Positions 51,694 through 64,000 of a stretch of 64,000 bases of DNA are shown here, piece by piece. Under the pieces are notes generated by a model, which searched no databases, was not told the DNA's origin, and saw only the letters and a list, made by a program, of their open reading frames with translations. This stretch comes from Lama glama. Lineage: Eukaryota. The translations under genes were made by a program, and so were the position numbers. The number at the start of each line of letters is the position of its first letter. Position 1 is the stretch's first letter. The stretch spans positions 21,826,001-21,890,000 of the forward strand of contig CM052818.1 in NCBI GenBank assembly GCA_028534125.1. Direction: 5' to 3'.

Positions 51694-52910
51694 CTGTGAC
51701 CATGACAATAACCTCCAGTTCAGCAAGGATGTTATTTCCTTTCCTGTACAATGTACTCAATAGATGCTCAATAATTACTTACTGAATTGAATTTGGGGGA
51801 TCTCAAGTAGTTCACTGGATGTTTTCCTTTTCCTCAATGTCACTCTGCCAACACTGGGCCGGCCCCCACTTCCTCCTAAGAGAGGAAGTTGATCAGGCTA
51901 TCACCATCTTGCATGCAATCCCCACAGCCTTGGAGGGCAAAGCAGGCTGCCTCAGAGCCAGATGCACCTTTGTGTTTTGAGATGATTGAGATTACGGTTA
52001 CAACACAGTGGGTGGCATCAGAAACATTTTTCACTTGGAGCCCAACGATACAAATTCTGCAAAACTACAAGATGTTTAAACACGCTGGGCTGTGGAAGAC
52101 TCTAGTATCAGCCATGTTAGTAAGCAGTTGAGCATTTATGCCTGAATTCATTGACATTATTCATTCACTTTGGTATGTTTTGTTTTCTTTTTACAACAAA
52201 TGATACATCTCTGCCAACTCTTTGTCTTTTGCTTCTGGGGAGCATTACCATTTGCTTATGCAATATGGTAGTTTGCTCATGCATTCAACTTTTCCTTTAT
52301 TTTTCTTCCACATCTGCAAGAACTCCTTTCCTGTTTACCTTGTCTGAAAGCTCTTTATCTCTTGCTACTAAAGTTAGGCATGAGCTCTGATCTTGAGAAT
52401 CTAAGCAGACTTTCAGGATGGAACAGACATCAAGGAGATGAGCACATGAATAAAGCCACAGGTTCATCATTTTATCAATAAACATGCAGGAATATAGTTG
52501 TAAGGACACTCTCAAATGAAAAAATCCATGGTGAAAGGGAAATTGGACTCAAATGTTATTAGTTTAAAGAGTTTCATAAGGCCCACATTTAATGTCCTTT
52601 AGATAAAGTCCTTATGTTTCTGGCAAATAGAAGAGACCTCAGCCAGTTAGACAACTGGTCTAGAGGTAGGTATCTTATCAAGACCTGGTCACAGAAAGAT
52701 TGGAGATCAGGGTTGAGAATTTCAGGCTCTAAGGCCACGCAGAAATGGTGACAAGAGAGGAAGCCAGAGAATCCCAGCAGAACAGCCAGAGCAGGTCAGC
52801 AGCAGAAATGGCTGGAAACTGAACCAGTGAGAGGTCAAATTAGGGCCTCTCCTCTTATACTCTCCCTGCCTGGAACCAGCACTTGTCTCAGAGTATAAGA
52901 GAGGGGTCAA

Positions 52911-53012
52911 GGGGAGGGTATAGCTCAGTGGTAGAGCACATGCTTAGCATGCGCAAGGTCCTGGGATCACTCCCCAGTACCTCTGTTAAGAAGTAAATAA
53001 ACCATCTCTCCC
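52911..53012 (+). mobile_element. Vic-1-like tRNA SINE lacking its A tail
   Basis: GGGGAGGGTATAGCTCAGTGGTAGAGCACATGCTTAGCATGCGCAAGGTCCTGGGATCACTCCCCAGTACCTC. Confidence 0.88.
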
Positions 53013-53017
53013 TCATG

Positions 53018-53654
53018 TGTTGGAGCCCCTTGTGGAGGGGCCCAGATTAGCCTCTACATGGGGGGCCTATTTTACTAGCTGCTGCTAGTTACTGTCTACC
53101 ATATTCGTCCAGCCCATCATCTCCTCACTCCTAAAAAACCTAACAGCTACTGGCAATGACAGTTACCAGCCCCCTATATTAGTAGCTAGCATCTCTAATG
53201 GTGGTCAAAAGTAATCAAAGGAATCTAAGAGCTCACAGTTCAGGCATGCAAAAATGAGTTGGTCAGCCACCGAGGTTCTGGTCTCAGACACGTCTCTGCA
53301 CCACTGTAAACCTGAACTTTCTTTGAACTTTACCAGACACATATTCAGAATAGCACCGCCAGCTGCAATCTCATGGATCTCAAAGCACTCCCTTGTAACT
53401 CTGCAACCATTTAGGACCCCAACCAATCCTTACTTAACAAGCCCCTTTACTTCTTGCCAGCTCCAATTATAATTCTTGATAAATAACTCCTGTAACCAAT
53501 GGTTTTCACCTTTATAAACCTCCCCTCTTTGCAGTTGGGGGAACACAGTTCAAGTGCTTTTTGAATCTATGTTTCCTGGGCTGCAGTCCTAACAAACCCC
53601 AAATAAACACCTTTTATTTCAATTAGGTCTCCATTTCTGAAATTTTGGTTAACA
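53018..53654 (+). mobile_element. Probable solo ERV LTR, family not recognised
   Basis: TGTT...AACA termini; CCAAT ~53496, TATAAA ~53513, AATAAA ~53602 in U3-R-U5 order; no clear TSD. Confidence 0.65.
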
Positions 53655-54269
53655 TAGCTATTTTCAATATTTAAAAAACCTAAAGGAAATCATGAATTTA
53701 CTTGTAATACGGTTACATTGGCCACCTTTCTTACTTTCAGTCTAGAATTATACCAACTCAGTGAAGAAATACAAGTTATCTCCTTGTGATCTGAAGTTTA
53801 GAATGACAGTCTTATATCTTTGATTTATAAAACATAAACTTGCCCTCACTTCTATGTCTTTGCTCATTTTGATTCGTTCAACTGTAATCTTTCAATTCCT
53901 CCTATTCAAATCCACCCCATTTTTGAAGGATAGGCTTCAGATCCCACTAGTGCAGTCCTCAGAGATTTCCCACTACCCTTAAACTCTTCAGCACTTGTTG
54001 ATTATTTTATTACCCTAATTTCTTAACAAGTGCTTATCCTAATCCCAAATGCTGGATTCTTTTCTTCTCCATCACTTTTGAATCAGCGTTGCAAGAATGG
54101 AATGTTCTGAACTGGGTAGATACTCCAAACATGAATGAAACTCACTTTGAAATGAAACTGATTTGAATTTGTAGGACAGTGATTGAAGTTCATCTACTTA
54201 ATTTACATAATTTGCAGTGTCCTTAAAAAAAACTGAGGTTAAGTAGAAGTTTACAGACTAGATTTTTCT

Positions 54270-54700
54270 CTCCAACCTTTTTACTATGAACATATTAATA
54301 CATGGAGAGAAATTAAAAGAAAATTACAATGAACATCTCTATATCCTCCATCTAGATCCAACAATTTTAATTATTTTACCATATTTATTTCATCACTCTC
54401 CAATGATCTATCTATATATATTTTACACTGTTGTTGAATCATTTAAAAATAAGTTGCAGGTATCATAACATTTAACCCTTAAATACATCAATATGCATCC
54501 CTAAGAAAAGGAAGCTTTTCCTTCATTATTATAATACCATTATCACACCCAACAAAGTTAATAATTAATTCAATAATGTCATTCAAGATCCAGTTCTTAT
54601 TCAATTTTCCTCCAATTGTTCCAAGAATATCTCTAATACATTTTTTTTCCTAACCAGAATCCAATAAAGTTTTATGCATTGCATTTGGTTGTTCTATCTT
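54270..54700 (-). mobile_element. Old L1 (L1MC/ME) 3' fragment
   Basis: ttgaatcatttaaaaataagttgcagg...ccttaaatacatcaatatgcatccctaag. Confidence 0.7.
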
Positions 54701-55571
54701 GCAGAGGAGGAAAAAGGTTCCCATGTTTGGGACAGCGTGTCCTCAACCCCGTCAAACTCTTTACATGCTTTTAATCTAAAACAGTCCCCCCACCTTTCTT
54801 TATATCAACTTTTTAAAGAGATAGGCAGTTATAGAAATAGTTTTAATAATGTTAAATAATTCCATAAAAAAGACATTTTTCAGTTTCACCTATTTACAAA
54901 AAAGAAGAAACTCCTTTTCTGTGATTCTAAGATTTTGAAATTTAACCTGATCATTGATTGATATGTATCCGAATAGAACAGCCATTGAAAGAAGACGAGA
55001 AAACTGCATATTTACAAAATAATAATTGGGTTCCAGAAATCACTAGCTAGGACTCCTTGAGGAAGTTATTTAGCTGCTATGAGGTTCATTTTCTGCTACA
55101 TAAGAGGGAGATCATATCTATTTTGCAAAGTAAGGATTACTACGAGATAATTATGTGGATGCCTAGCATAGCATAGAAGCTTAAGAAATGCTGGTTCCTT
55201 TCCCCCAAGTCCCTACTTTTTGTCTAAGAATGGGGTTATTTTCAGATTGGTAAACTTCCCAAGAATGATTCTTCCTTTGAACATTTTGTTGCCAAGTCAG
55301 CTGCAAAACATAAAGTCCAACTGAAGTTTTACGCTACACTTCCTATCTTGCTTTGCTTTGGGATTACGTTTTGAAAGTAAAAGCTGTGCATCTTCATTTT
55401 GAGCTTATTATATAAAATGATTTCTGAAACGTACTTCTAAAAACAATTTGAGATAAATCATAACAATTCTAAATTAATATTCTAATCCAAATATGTTTCT
55501 AGATTTCTTTAGATATTATTTCTGCTAGCATTATCTCTTTAAAATATAACATTGAAAAATAATAGACTACA

Positions 55572-55746
55572 GATGGGAGGGTATAGCTTAAGTGACAGAG
55601 CTTATGCTTAGTTAGCATGCATGAGGTCCTGGGTTCAATTTCCAGTCTCTCCATTAAAAAAGTAATAATAAATAAATAAGCCTAATTACCTCCCCCCTCC
55701 AAAAAATAAAAATAAAATAAACATTAAAAAAGTAATAAAATTAAAT
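55572..55746 (+). mobile_element. Vic-1-like tRNA SINE with 16-bp TSD
   Basis: SINE head at 55575; TSD aaaata(a/g)tagactaca at 55556-55571 and 55747-55762. Confidence 0.9.
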
Positions 55747-57369
55747 AAAATAGTAGACTACAATTTCAAATTACTTGCATGAAGGGATGGACACAGTTCT
55801 GATAGAACTATTTTTAAAAATTAAAGAGATATATTTTGGACAAGTTTTACCATCTTGCTGGTTCTCCTATTAATAAATCAATAAATCTCTGATATGTGTT
55901 GATTCTTACAAAATTTAAAGGGATACACAGTACACAAAGTTATAGTTCTCTTAATAAAATTAAAATAAAAGCTAATTAATCATATTTGAAGCGGAAAGAT
56001 CAAAGATACCAAAAATAGTCTTTTCAGAACAATATTTTAAACAAAGATATAGAAAGGATAGAATGGACTGTGAAAATTCTCTATTTAGAATTCTTTTGTA
56101 TCCATCACTACACTTTAAGGTTAAATTTGACATGGTAAATAGCTACAGAGGGAAAAAAATAAGCCATCTTTTAAAGCATGGTTTTTATTGTATTACCCCT
56201 TTGGAACATGACTGGTCATCATCAATAAATTAAATATAATTTTCAAACCATATCACAGTAGTCATCTACTTACACAGGACAACTATTTTGGTGGTTTTGT
56301 TAATGGTTCATGCAATCGATGGCAAGTTGAACACAAGTAAAGGTCATGTTCATTAATTACATAGGTCAATTCTGGAATTCTAATAATAATTTCATAATAA
56401 TAAATCATTAAAGAATATATATATTTGTTTCATTCTCCAGGCTATATCTCTCGTGTGTCTTAGAAGATTATATATAATGACTATAACAATTTTCTTTTAT
56501 TATAATTTCCTAGTGTTACTTCTATATACTTATTGTACGGTGATTATGTTATAAAGTAAAGCACTTTATGAATTTCAATTGTTACATAAATATGCATGTT
56601 TGTTCATATTTAGATGACTGTATTACAGTTTATTTGCTATTAATCGCCATCACACAGGACAACATACAATAACCAACGTGAGATTTTAGACATGCTTGTT
56701 AATATTTGTTGCAGAATACTTCATTGAATAGGACAAATAGCTGACTGGCCCCAGGAAACTTAATCTCCTTTTATCAAGCTGAAGTGAGTGAAAGCAGACT
56801 GTGCACTGAAAATGCTGTAAGATTATAGAGAAGAACAACTTCAATTAAAGCAGTGTGCTTTTTTAATTTCCCAACATTACAAGAGAACTCTCCACCGACT
56901 TGAAGCTAGTAATTAGAAATAAGAAAACTATTTTTAAGTCAATTTCCTATGAATTAGCCATGTGAACTCCCTTCTCCAGTCCTGGTTGATTTGTTCACTG
57001 TGGAACCCTTCCCTTTCTCCTCTCAGCTCTGCTCATTCCTGCCACAAGGATCCTGCTCTCTCTCCTGTATGGTAGTAATGTTTCTATGCCATGCAGTTTA
57101 ATACTTAATTATATACTGTTTTGTGCTAGTCTCTGATTATTTTAGGTGTGTTCTGTGTTCAACTAGATTGTAGTCCCTGAGGCTAGGACCATGTGTCTTA
57201 CTTCTTTGCTAATGCTTTTTGTACTAAACATGGTAGGCACGAAGTAATGTCTTGTTGGAAAATCTAAAAATAGCCATTCATTTTGTACAACTGTGGCCAG
57301 AGCTCAAAGCAAAAAAATGTCTGTATGGGGTAGAAAGGACATTCATTGGGCACTGATGTTTTCAAATTC

Positions 57370-58420
57370 ATCCAGATTCCTCTGGTTACAGCGAAATGAA
57401 TCTATGCAAGCTGATTGAGGTACCTTTAATAAACAGACAAGATGACTTCATGGAACCCCACTGCACACTGGTGATTAAGACTGCATGAGACTGAACCTGG
57501 GAATTGGAAGGTCAGAAACCAGTGTCTTTTTCTAAAAGCTAGCATGATCTTTTTTCCATTTCTCCAGCCACTGTGTATATGTAGGCCAGTTTCCCTTGCC
57601 TGAATGTCTTAGCATGTTTACTCCAACATCAACCTTCCATGGTTTTACAAGTCCACAACTCACCAGTAACTGACCCAGTTTTCACATCCCATTTCCAAAC
57701 CTCAGACAGAAAAACTACAATTGGCCTGTAATGTTTCAGGTATTAACCCCTAACCCAATCAGCTGTCACCTGGATAGCAAGGGTCATGTGGTTTGATATC
57801 TATTCTCAGTAGGGTTGTGGGAACAACTCTCAAAGAAGAGGAAAGGGAGAAGGCAGGCACTTTAATTAATGCAACTACTACAGTTAAAATCTATAGGAAA
57901 TTGCAACAAAAGTTTTATGGGTGTCTTCCAGCTCATAACCCCCCTTTTCTGAAAATATTACCCCTTGTCCACTGGGTTAGTCCCCCAGCAGATACATTTG
58001 TACTAAATGAGCCTGTAACTGACCAAACCAGGGTGATCATTCTTCACAAGCCAGTTAAAAATGGTTTTCTCTTGGGAAATTTGCTTTGAGGCCAAGAAAT
58101 TGCCCATCAAGCTAGGCTGGTCTTTTGAGAGAACAGGTTGTCAACTCAGAACTGTTTTAGGACCATCTTTCCCCATTCTGCACAGGAAAGGAAAGAGAAC
58201 CAAACTGTTGCAAGTGAAGAACGATCTTAAAGAGGCATGGTGAGACACGAGAGCAAGTTCTGCTACGTTCTTCAAGGCCAAACCGTTTCTGATTCCAGAA
58301 GCCCAGCTATGTTACTGCCCTTGAGTTCTTTGAGACATTTCCACATTCTTTTTTGCTTAAATTAGCTTGAGCTGGTTTCTGTTATTTGCAACCAAAATAG
58401 TTGAGACACCCAAATTAAAA
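57370..58420. mobile_element. Degenerate MLT1 (MaLR) LTR fragments
   Basis: ttttgcttaaattagcttgagctggtttctgttatttgcaacc end motif. Confidence 0.55.
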
Positions 58421-58689
58421 GTAGGAGTCTTTCCTACATTGTCCATTGAGGCAAGTTCATCATGGTAAGATGCCAACACTTTGTTGCTTCTAAATTTATC
58501 TTGTAGACTCACATATCTTTGTGGCTATAAGGTGCATCTGTTCATGACTCACAAGGATTAAATAGTATGGAAGTCCTCCATTCCCTGATTCTCAGTTGGG
58601 TGTTACATGATTTCTTAAAAGAGAACAATTTTTGAAGGAAAATTAGCCTTGAAATTTTTTGTCATTTAATATATATCTGCTACCATAAC

Positions 58690-58880
58690 TGATTCTTGTT
58701 ATGGTTTTCAAAGCCATATCCTCTCATTTGACATTCACAACAATCCACTGAAGAAGGATTAATTACACCATCCCATTTCATAAATGAAGAAGCTGAGGCT
58801 CACAGAGATCAAGGGATTTGTTCAGTGTCATTAATCTAGGAAGGAAACAACACAGACTCAAATTCAGTGCTCACTATCTA
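58690..58880 (-). mobile_element. MIR SINE
   Basis: cccatttcataaatgaagaagctgaggctcacagagatcaaggga. Confidence 0.75.
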
Positions 58881-58934
58881 TTTCTGACCCACAGTTGATC
58901 TTTGTCTTCGTATAGCATCTTATCTCCCCCTTTA

Positions 58935-59670
58935 AAAAACTCCCTTTTCTACTGAAGTGTAAAATGGGTACAGAAAAGTGCACAAATCATAAGTGTACAG
59001 TTCAATGAATTACCACAAAGTGAATACACCATGTTATCACCAATAGGGCATGAAATTGGATATGCCATTTCTGCCCTCTCCAATCATTATTTCCTCCTTC
59101 TCAAAAAGGAAATCACTCTCCGGACCTTCCATACATTTGCCTGTTTTCAAACTTCATAAAAATGGAATCATATAGTATGAATAATTTTGTGTTCAACTTC
59201 TTTTATATAAGAGATTCATCTACTTTATTGTATGTAACAGTAATTCATTCATTTCTATTCTTGCATAGTATTCCATTTTATGAGTATACCACAGTTTATG
59301 TATCCATTCTACTATCTATAGATACTTGAATTGTTTTCAGTTTGGGGCTATCATGAAAGATGCTGCTATGAGCATTCATGAGAATATCTTTTGGTATACC
59401 ATATGTATGCCCTGTGAGTAAATACCCAAGGAATGAAATTGCTGGGTCAAGAGTTCAGATTTAATAGCTTCCGCTAGGCAGTTTTGCAATGTTGAGTGTA
59501 TTAATTTACACTCCCACCCACACCCCACTGTATAGGAAAAATTTAGCTGCTCCTTATTTTCATCAACTCTTGGTAAGAATTCTTTATGTAGTCTGAGTAA
59601 TATGCATTAACCTTTGTAATATGCATTGCAGATATCTCCTACCCCTAAGTGGTTTGCATTTTCAGTCTTG
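58935..59670 (-). mobile_element. Old L1 3' fragment
   Basis: aaaagtgcacaaatcataagtgtacagttcaatgaatt...aatggaatcatatagtatg...gaaattgctgggtca. Confidence 0.85.
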
Positions 59671-60767
59671 AATTTTTGATATCAAAGACATTATAGGATC
59701 TTTTGCATTTTGGTTACATTAAAAAATGTAATGATTTCAGTTATTTGGGATAAAATCCAATGAAACAAGATGCTCAAATGGCACTTCTCTCTTCATTTTG
59801 GCCAGGTTCCCAAAGGTAAAAATCAATAAAATGGGTGACCAGTACTCCCAAGTCACTCTGGACTTTCTAAGCCTATAAATATCTGCCTTTCATAAATGCA
59901 CAGATGACCTTGACAGTATAAAGAGATTAAGGTAAGAAAGATGGGAGGGTGAGGATTTCTTTGGAAAGGGCTTTCTCTTCCCCCTACCTTCACATGAGGT
60001 CAGGGAGGAGGGTGTTCCCCCTTCCCCTCAAGCCAAATGAGAAGTGCCTCAAGGAGACCTTCCAGAATTTGTTCCCAGGAGTTTCAGGAAGAAGGACTTA
60101 GGTCTGATCCTTGCCAAATGTGAAGGCTGGAGGTACAGCTGTAGCTTCACTTGTTTGCAGGGCCACATTGCGTGTCAACTGGACTTTCACTTACAGGAGG
60201 CAAAGCGCAGTATGTCCCAGAGGACAAAGTGGAATCCATAAAAAGCACTGGCCTGGGATCACCTGAAAAAGAATTCTGCCTCCTCACTCCCCAGTGAGGA
60301 AGGAATTATTAGAAGTGTTACCTGCAACATGGAGCCGCAGTTAGGGTATGCAGGGGCAGAGGGTGTACTTCTGAGAAAAATTTGGAGAGAAAGAGTCATT
60401 TTTGGGTAGTCTCCATACCCAGAGGGCACTGACACCAGGTGACACAGTACCAGGCATACAAAACTGTTTTCCTTTCCCTCAATCTTCTTTTTTCCCTGAC
60501 ACCTGGTGGAGAGGTCAGAAACAGCCCTTAGAAGTAGGGGAAGTATTTCCACAGGAGAGAAGCAGCTGACACGGCCACTTCCCCAACCTCAGGCTCTGAG
60601 CTGAAGAAGCAAAGAAGATTTACCTTAAACAAGTTTGGAATTTTGAAATTGTCCTCAACGAGACTGAAGTTAAGTGATCAATAGCTTGAACTGGACTCTT
60701 CTACAAATTCTATCCTCAGCTGTTTCTATTCTGAAACTGAATAAATCTATTGAGTTTTCAATTTAGT

Positions 60768-62328
60768 TTTTTTTTAATTTTCATTCAATGTATATAAACT
60801 AAAAAAAAGTTCACCCATTTTGTCCATCCCCTACCCTTCACCTCTCACAACCACCAATCTGTTCTCTGTATCTATGAGCTTGTTTTGCTTTTAGATTCCA
60901 CACATAGGAGAGATTATGTAGTACTTGTCTTTCCCTGTCTGACTTATTTCACTTAGCATAAAGCCCTCGAGGTCCGTCCATGTTGTTGAAAAATGGCAAT
61001 TTCATTCTTTTTTATGGTTGAATAATATTCTATTGCATATGTATACCACAATTTCTTTATACATTCATCCATCAGTGGACACTTAGTTTGTTTCCATATT
61101 TTGGCTATTGTAAATAATGCTACAATGAACATGGAGGTGTATATATCTTTTCAAATTAGTGTTTTCATTTTCTTCAGATAAATACTCAGAAGTGGAATTG
61201 TTGGCTCATATGATAGTTCTATTTTTAATTTTTTGAGGAACTTTTATACTATTTCCTATAGTGATTGCACCAATTTACATTCCCATCAACAGTGCACAAG
61301 GAAGAGGGTATAGCTTAGTGGTAGAGTGCATGTCTAGCATGTACTAGGTCTTCGGTTCACTCCCCAGTACCTCCAGTAAGAAAATAAGTAAACCTAATTA
61401 CCTCCCCCTCAAAAAAATTTTAAAAAACAGTGCACAAGTCTTCCCTTTTCTCCACATTCTTGCCAACACTTGTTATTTCTTGTCTTTTTGATAATAGCCA
61501 TTCTAACAGGTGTGATATCTCATTGTGGTTTTTATTTGCATTTCTCTCATGATTAATGATGCTGAGCATTTTTTCATGTACTGTTAGACGTTTGTATGTC
61601 TATTTTGGAAAAATGTCTATTTAGATGTTCTGCCCATTTTAAAATCAGATTGTTTGTTTTTGCTATTGATTTGTATGAGCTCTTTGTATTTTTTGGATGT
61701 TAGCCTTCTATCATATATATGGTTTACAATTAGTTTCTCCCATTCAGAAGGTTGCCTTTTAATTTTGTTGAAGGTTTCATTTGCTGTGCAAAAGCTTTTT
61801 AGATTGACGTAGTCCCAACTTTTTAATTCTACCTTTGGTTGCTTTTGCTTTTGGTGTCAGATTTAAAAAATCATTGCCAAGACCCATGTCAAGGAACTTA
61901 CTACCTATGTTTTCTTCTGCGAGTTTTATGGCTTTAGGTTCTTACTTTCAAATTCTTAATCTATTTTGATTTAATTCTTGTGTATAGTGTAAGATAGTGG
62001 TCCAGTTTCATTCTTCTGTGTTTGGTGTCCAGCTTTCCCAACACGGTTTATTGAAGACATTGCCTTTCCCCATTGTATATTCTTGCTGATTTGTCATAAA
62101 TAAATTGACCACATATGTGTGGGTTTAATTCTGGGCTCTCTATTCTGTTCCACTGATCTATGTGCCTGTTTTTAATGCCAATGCCATACTGTTTTAATTA
62201 CTATAGCTTTGTAATATAGTTTGAAATCAGAGATCATGATGCTTCCAGCTTTGTCCCTCTTTCTAAAGGTTGCTTTGGCTATTCAGTGTCTTGTGGTTCT
62301 ATACAAAGTTTAGGATTTTTTTGTTCTA
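60768..62328 (-). mobile_element. L1 (L1MA-like) 3'UTR plus 3' part of ORF2, interrupted by a SINE
   Basis: ttagattccacacatagg...ccaatttacattcccatcaacagtg...ctctattctgttccactgatctatgtg. Confidence 0.92.
61301..61425 (+). mobile_element. Vic-1-like tRNA SINE inserted into an L1, perfect 13-bp TSD
   Basis: TSD aacagtgcacaag at 61288-61300 and 61426-61438. Confidence 0.92.
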
Positions 62329-62329
62329 T

Positions 62330-63385
62330 GTTTGTCTCCCACAGAGGGCCACTTCTCCAAGGTTGAGAAACATAACTAACCTACTTAAAAATACAAGTAG
62401 AAGTCTAGACAATACGAGGCAGCAGAGGAATATCTTCCAGACCAAGGTATAAGATAAAATCCCAGAAGAAATAAGTGATGAAGAGCTAGGCAGTCTATCT
62501 GAGAAAGAATTTAGAGTAATGATGGAAAAGATGTTTAGAGAACTCAGAAGGAGTATAGATGCACAGGGGGAAGTTTTTAGCAAAGAGTTAGAAAATATAA
62601 AGAACACCCAAACAGAGTTGAAGAATAAAATTACTGAAATGAATAATCCACTAGAAGGAACCAAGAATAGACTAAATGAGGCAGAAGAATGGATTAGTGA
62701 GCTAGAAGACAGATAGTGGAAATCACAACCACAGAACAGAAAAAAGAAAAAAGAATGAAAGAAATGAGGATAGTCTAAGAGAAGTCTGGGACAACATGAA
62801 GTGTACTAATATTTGCTTTATAGGGTCTCTGAAAGAGAAGAGACAGAGAAATGACTTGAGAAAACATTTGAAGAGATAATAGCTGAAACCTTCCATAACT
62901 TGGGAAAGAAAACAGTCACCCAAGTCCAGGAAGTACAGAGAGTTCCACATAGGATTAACCCAAAGTGGAACACACTGAGGCACATAGTAATTAAATTGAC
63001 AACAATTAAGGCTAAGAAGAAAATATTAAAATCAGCAAGAGAAAAGCAACAACTAACATACAAGGGAACTCCCATAAGGTTATCAGCTGATTTTTCAGCA
63101 GAAACTCTACAGGCCAGGAAGGAGTGGCACAATATATTCAAAGTGATGAAAGGGACAAACTTAGAACCAAGAATACTCTATCCAGCAACGCTCTCAATAA
63201 GATTTGATGGAGAAATCAAAATCTTCACAGATTAAAAAAAGCTAAAAGAATTCAGCACCACCAAACCAGCTTTACAATAAATGTTAAAGGAACTTCTCTA
63301 GTCAACAAACCACAAGAAAGGAGAACAAAAAAAGAAGAAAGAGAAAAAGATCTACAAAAACAAATCAAAACAATTAAGAAAATTT
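62330..63385 (+). mobile_element. L1 fragment with nearly complete but disrupted ORF1 (62414-63301)
   Basis: ORF1p pieces ...KNKITEMNNPLEGTKNRLNEAEEWISELEDR and ...LTYKGTPIRLSADFSAETLQARKEWHNIFKVMK...PRILYPA; apparent start codon mutated to ACG, plus stops and frameshifts. Confidence 0.93.
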
Positions 63386-63439
63386 TCATCTCCAGAAATT
63401 GTTTGGCTCTTTGTCATATCTGCTTAATCATGTAAAAAA

Positions 63440-63992
63440 AAATTCTTATTGAGGTACAGTTGATTTACAATGTTGCATTAGTTTCAGGCGAACCGCAAAA
63501 TAATTCATATATATATTCTTTTTCAGATTATTTTCCATTATGGGTTACTACAAAGTATTGAATATATTTCCCTGTGCTATACAGTAATTCCTAGTTATTT
63601 GCCTATTTTATATATAGTAGTGAGTATCTGTTAATACCAAACTACTAATTTATCCCTCCCCGCTTCCCCTTTGGTAACCACAAGACTGTTTTCTATGCCT
63701 GTGAGTCTGTGTTTTGTAAATAAGCTCATTTGTATCATTTTTTGGATTCCACAAATAACTGAGATCATATGATATTTGTCATACTCCTGACTTACTTCAC
63801 TTAGTATGATAATCTCTAGGTCCATCCATATTAGTGCAAATGGCATTATTTCATTCATTTTTATGACTAAATAATTATATATATTATGTATATGTATGTC
63901 TATGTGTATGTGTATATGTATATGTGTCTGTACACCACATCTTCTTTATCCATGCATCTTTTGACGGACATTTATGTTGCTTCCATACCTTG
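63440..63992 (-). mobile_element. L1 3' end
   Basis: ttgaggtacagttgatttacaatgttg...ctgacttacttcacttagtatgataatctctaggtccatcc. Confidence 0.9.
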
Positions 63993-64000
63993 TAAAAACT

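Noticed and set aside
52846..52906. Inverted repeat ctcttatactc / gagtataagag
   Set aside because: Only an 11-bp perfect stem with a ~28-nt loop; compatible with chance in 64 kb.
52911..52983. Apparent tRNA-Ala-like gene
   Set aside because: Same head and tail as five other dispersed copies, several with TSDs; it is a SINE with a damaged B box, not a tRNA.
630..61425. SINE orientation switch (minus inside the gene, plus upstream)
   Set aside because: Only six copies; too few to claim a bias.
1..64000. CRISPR arrays, operons or other prokaryotic systems
   Set aside because: The sequence is clearly mammalian; no repeat-spacer array was seen.

Overview
Mammalian genomic DNA, most likely a camelid: it carries six tRNA-derived SINEs resembling the Vic-1 family, and I saw no Alu, Bov-A/BovB, PRE-1 or Can-SINE. 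The window holds the 5' part of PPM1B (protein phosphatase 2C-beta) on the minus strand. This comprises a CpG-island promoter with non-coding exon 1 (~46120-45711), a ~39.1 kb intron 1, the 860-nt exon 2 (6609-5750, codons 1-282) and the start of intron 2. Beyond ~47000 lie about 17 kb of repeat-rich upstream DNA (L1, L2, MIR, hAT/Tigger DNA transposons, LTRs). Most notable: (1) an AUG-initiated 39-aa uORF in exon 1 that reads the 5'UTR GGC repeat as poly-glycine; (2) a tailless 7SK retrocopy nested in the tail of a Vic-1-like SINE, with both target-site duplications still readable; (3) a well-formed candidate 87-nt 5'UTR cassette exon; (4) three stacked 5' splice sites after exon 2; (5) a perfect 111-bp tandem duplication; (6) an isolated ~110-bp hairpin in intron 1. 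Repeat family names and boundaries were assigned by eye from remembered consensus motifs and are approximate. No database search was run.
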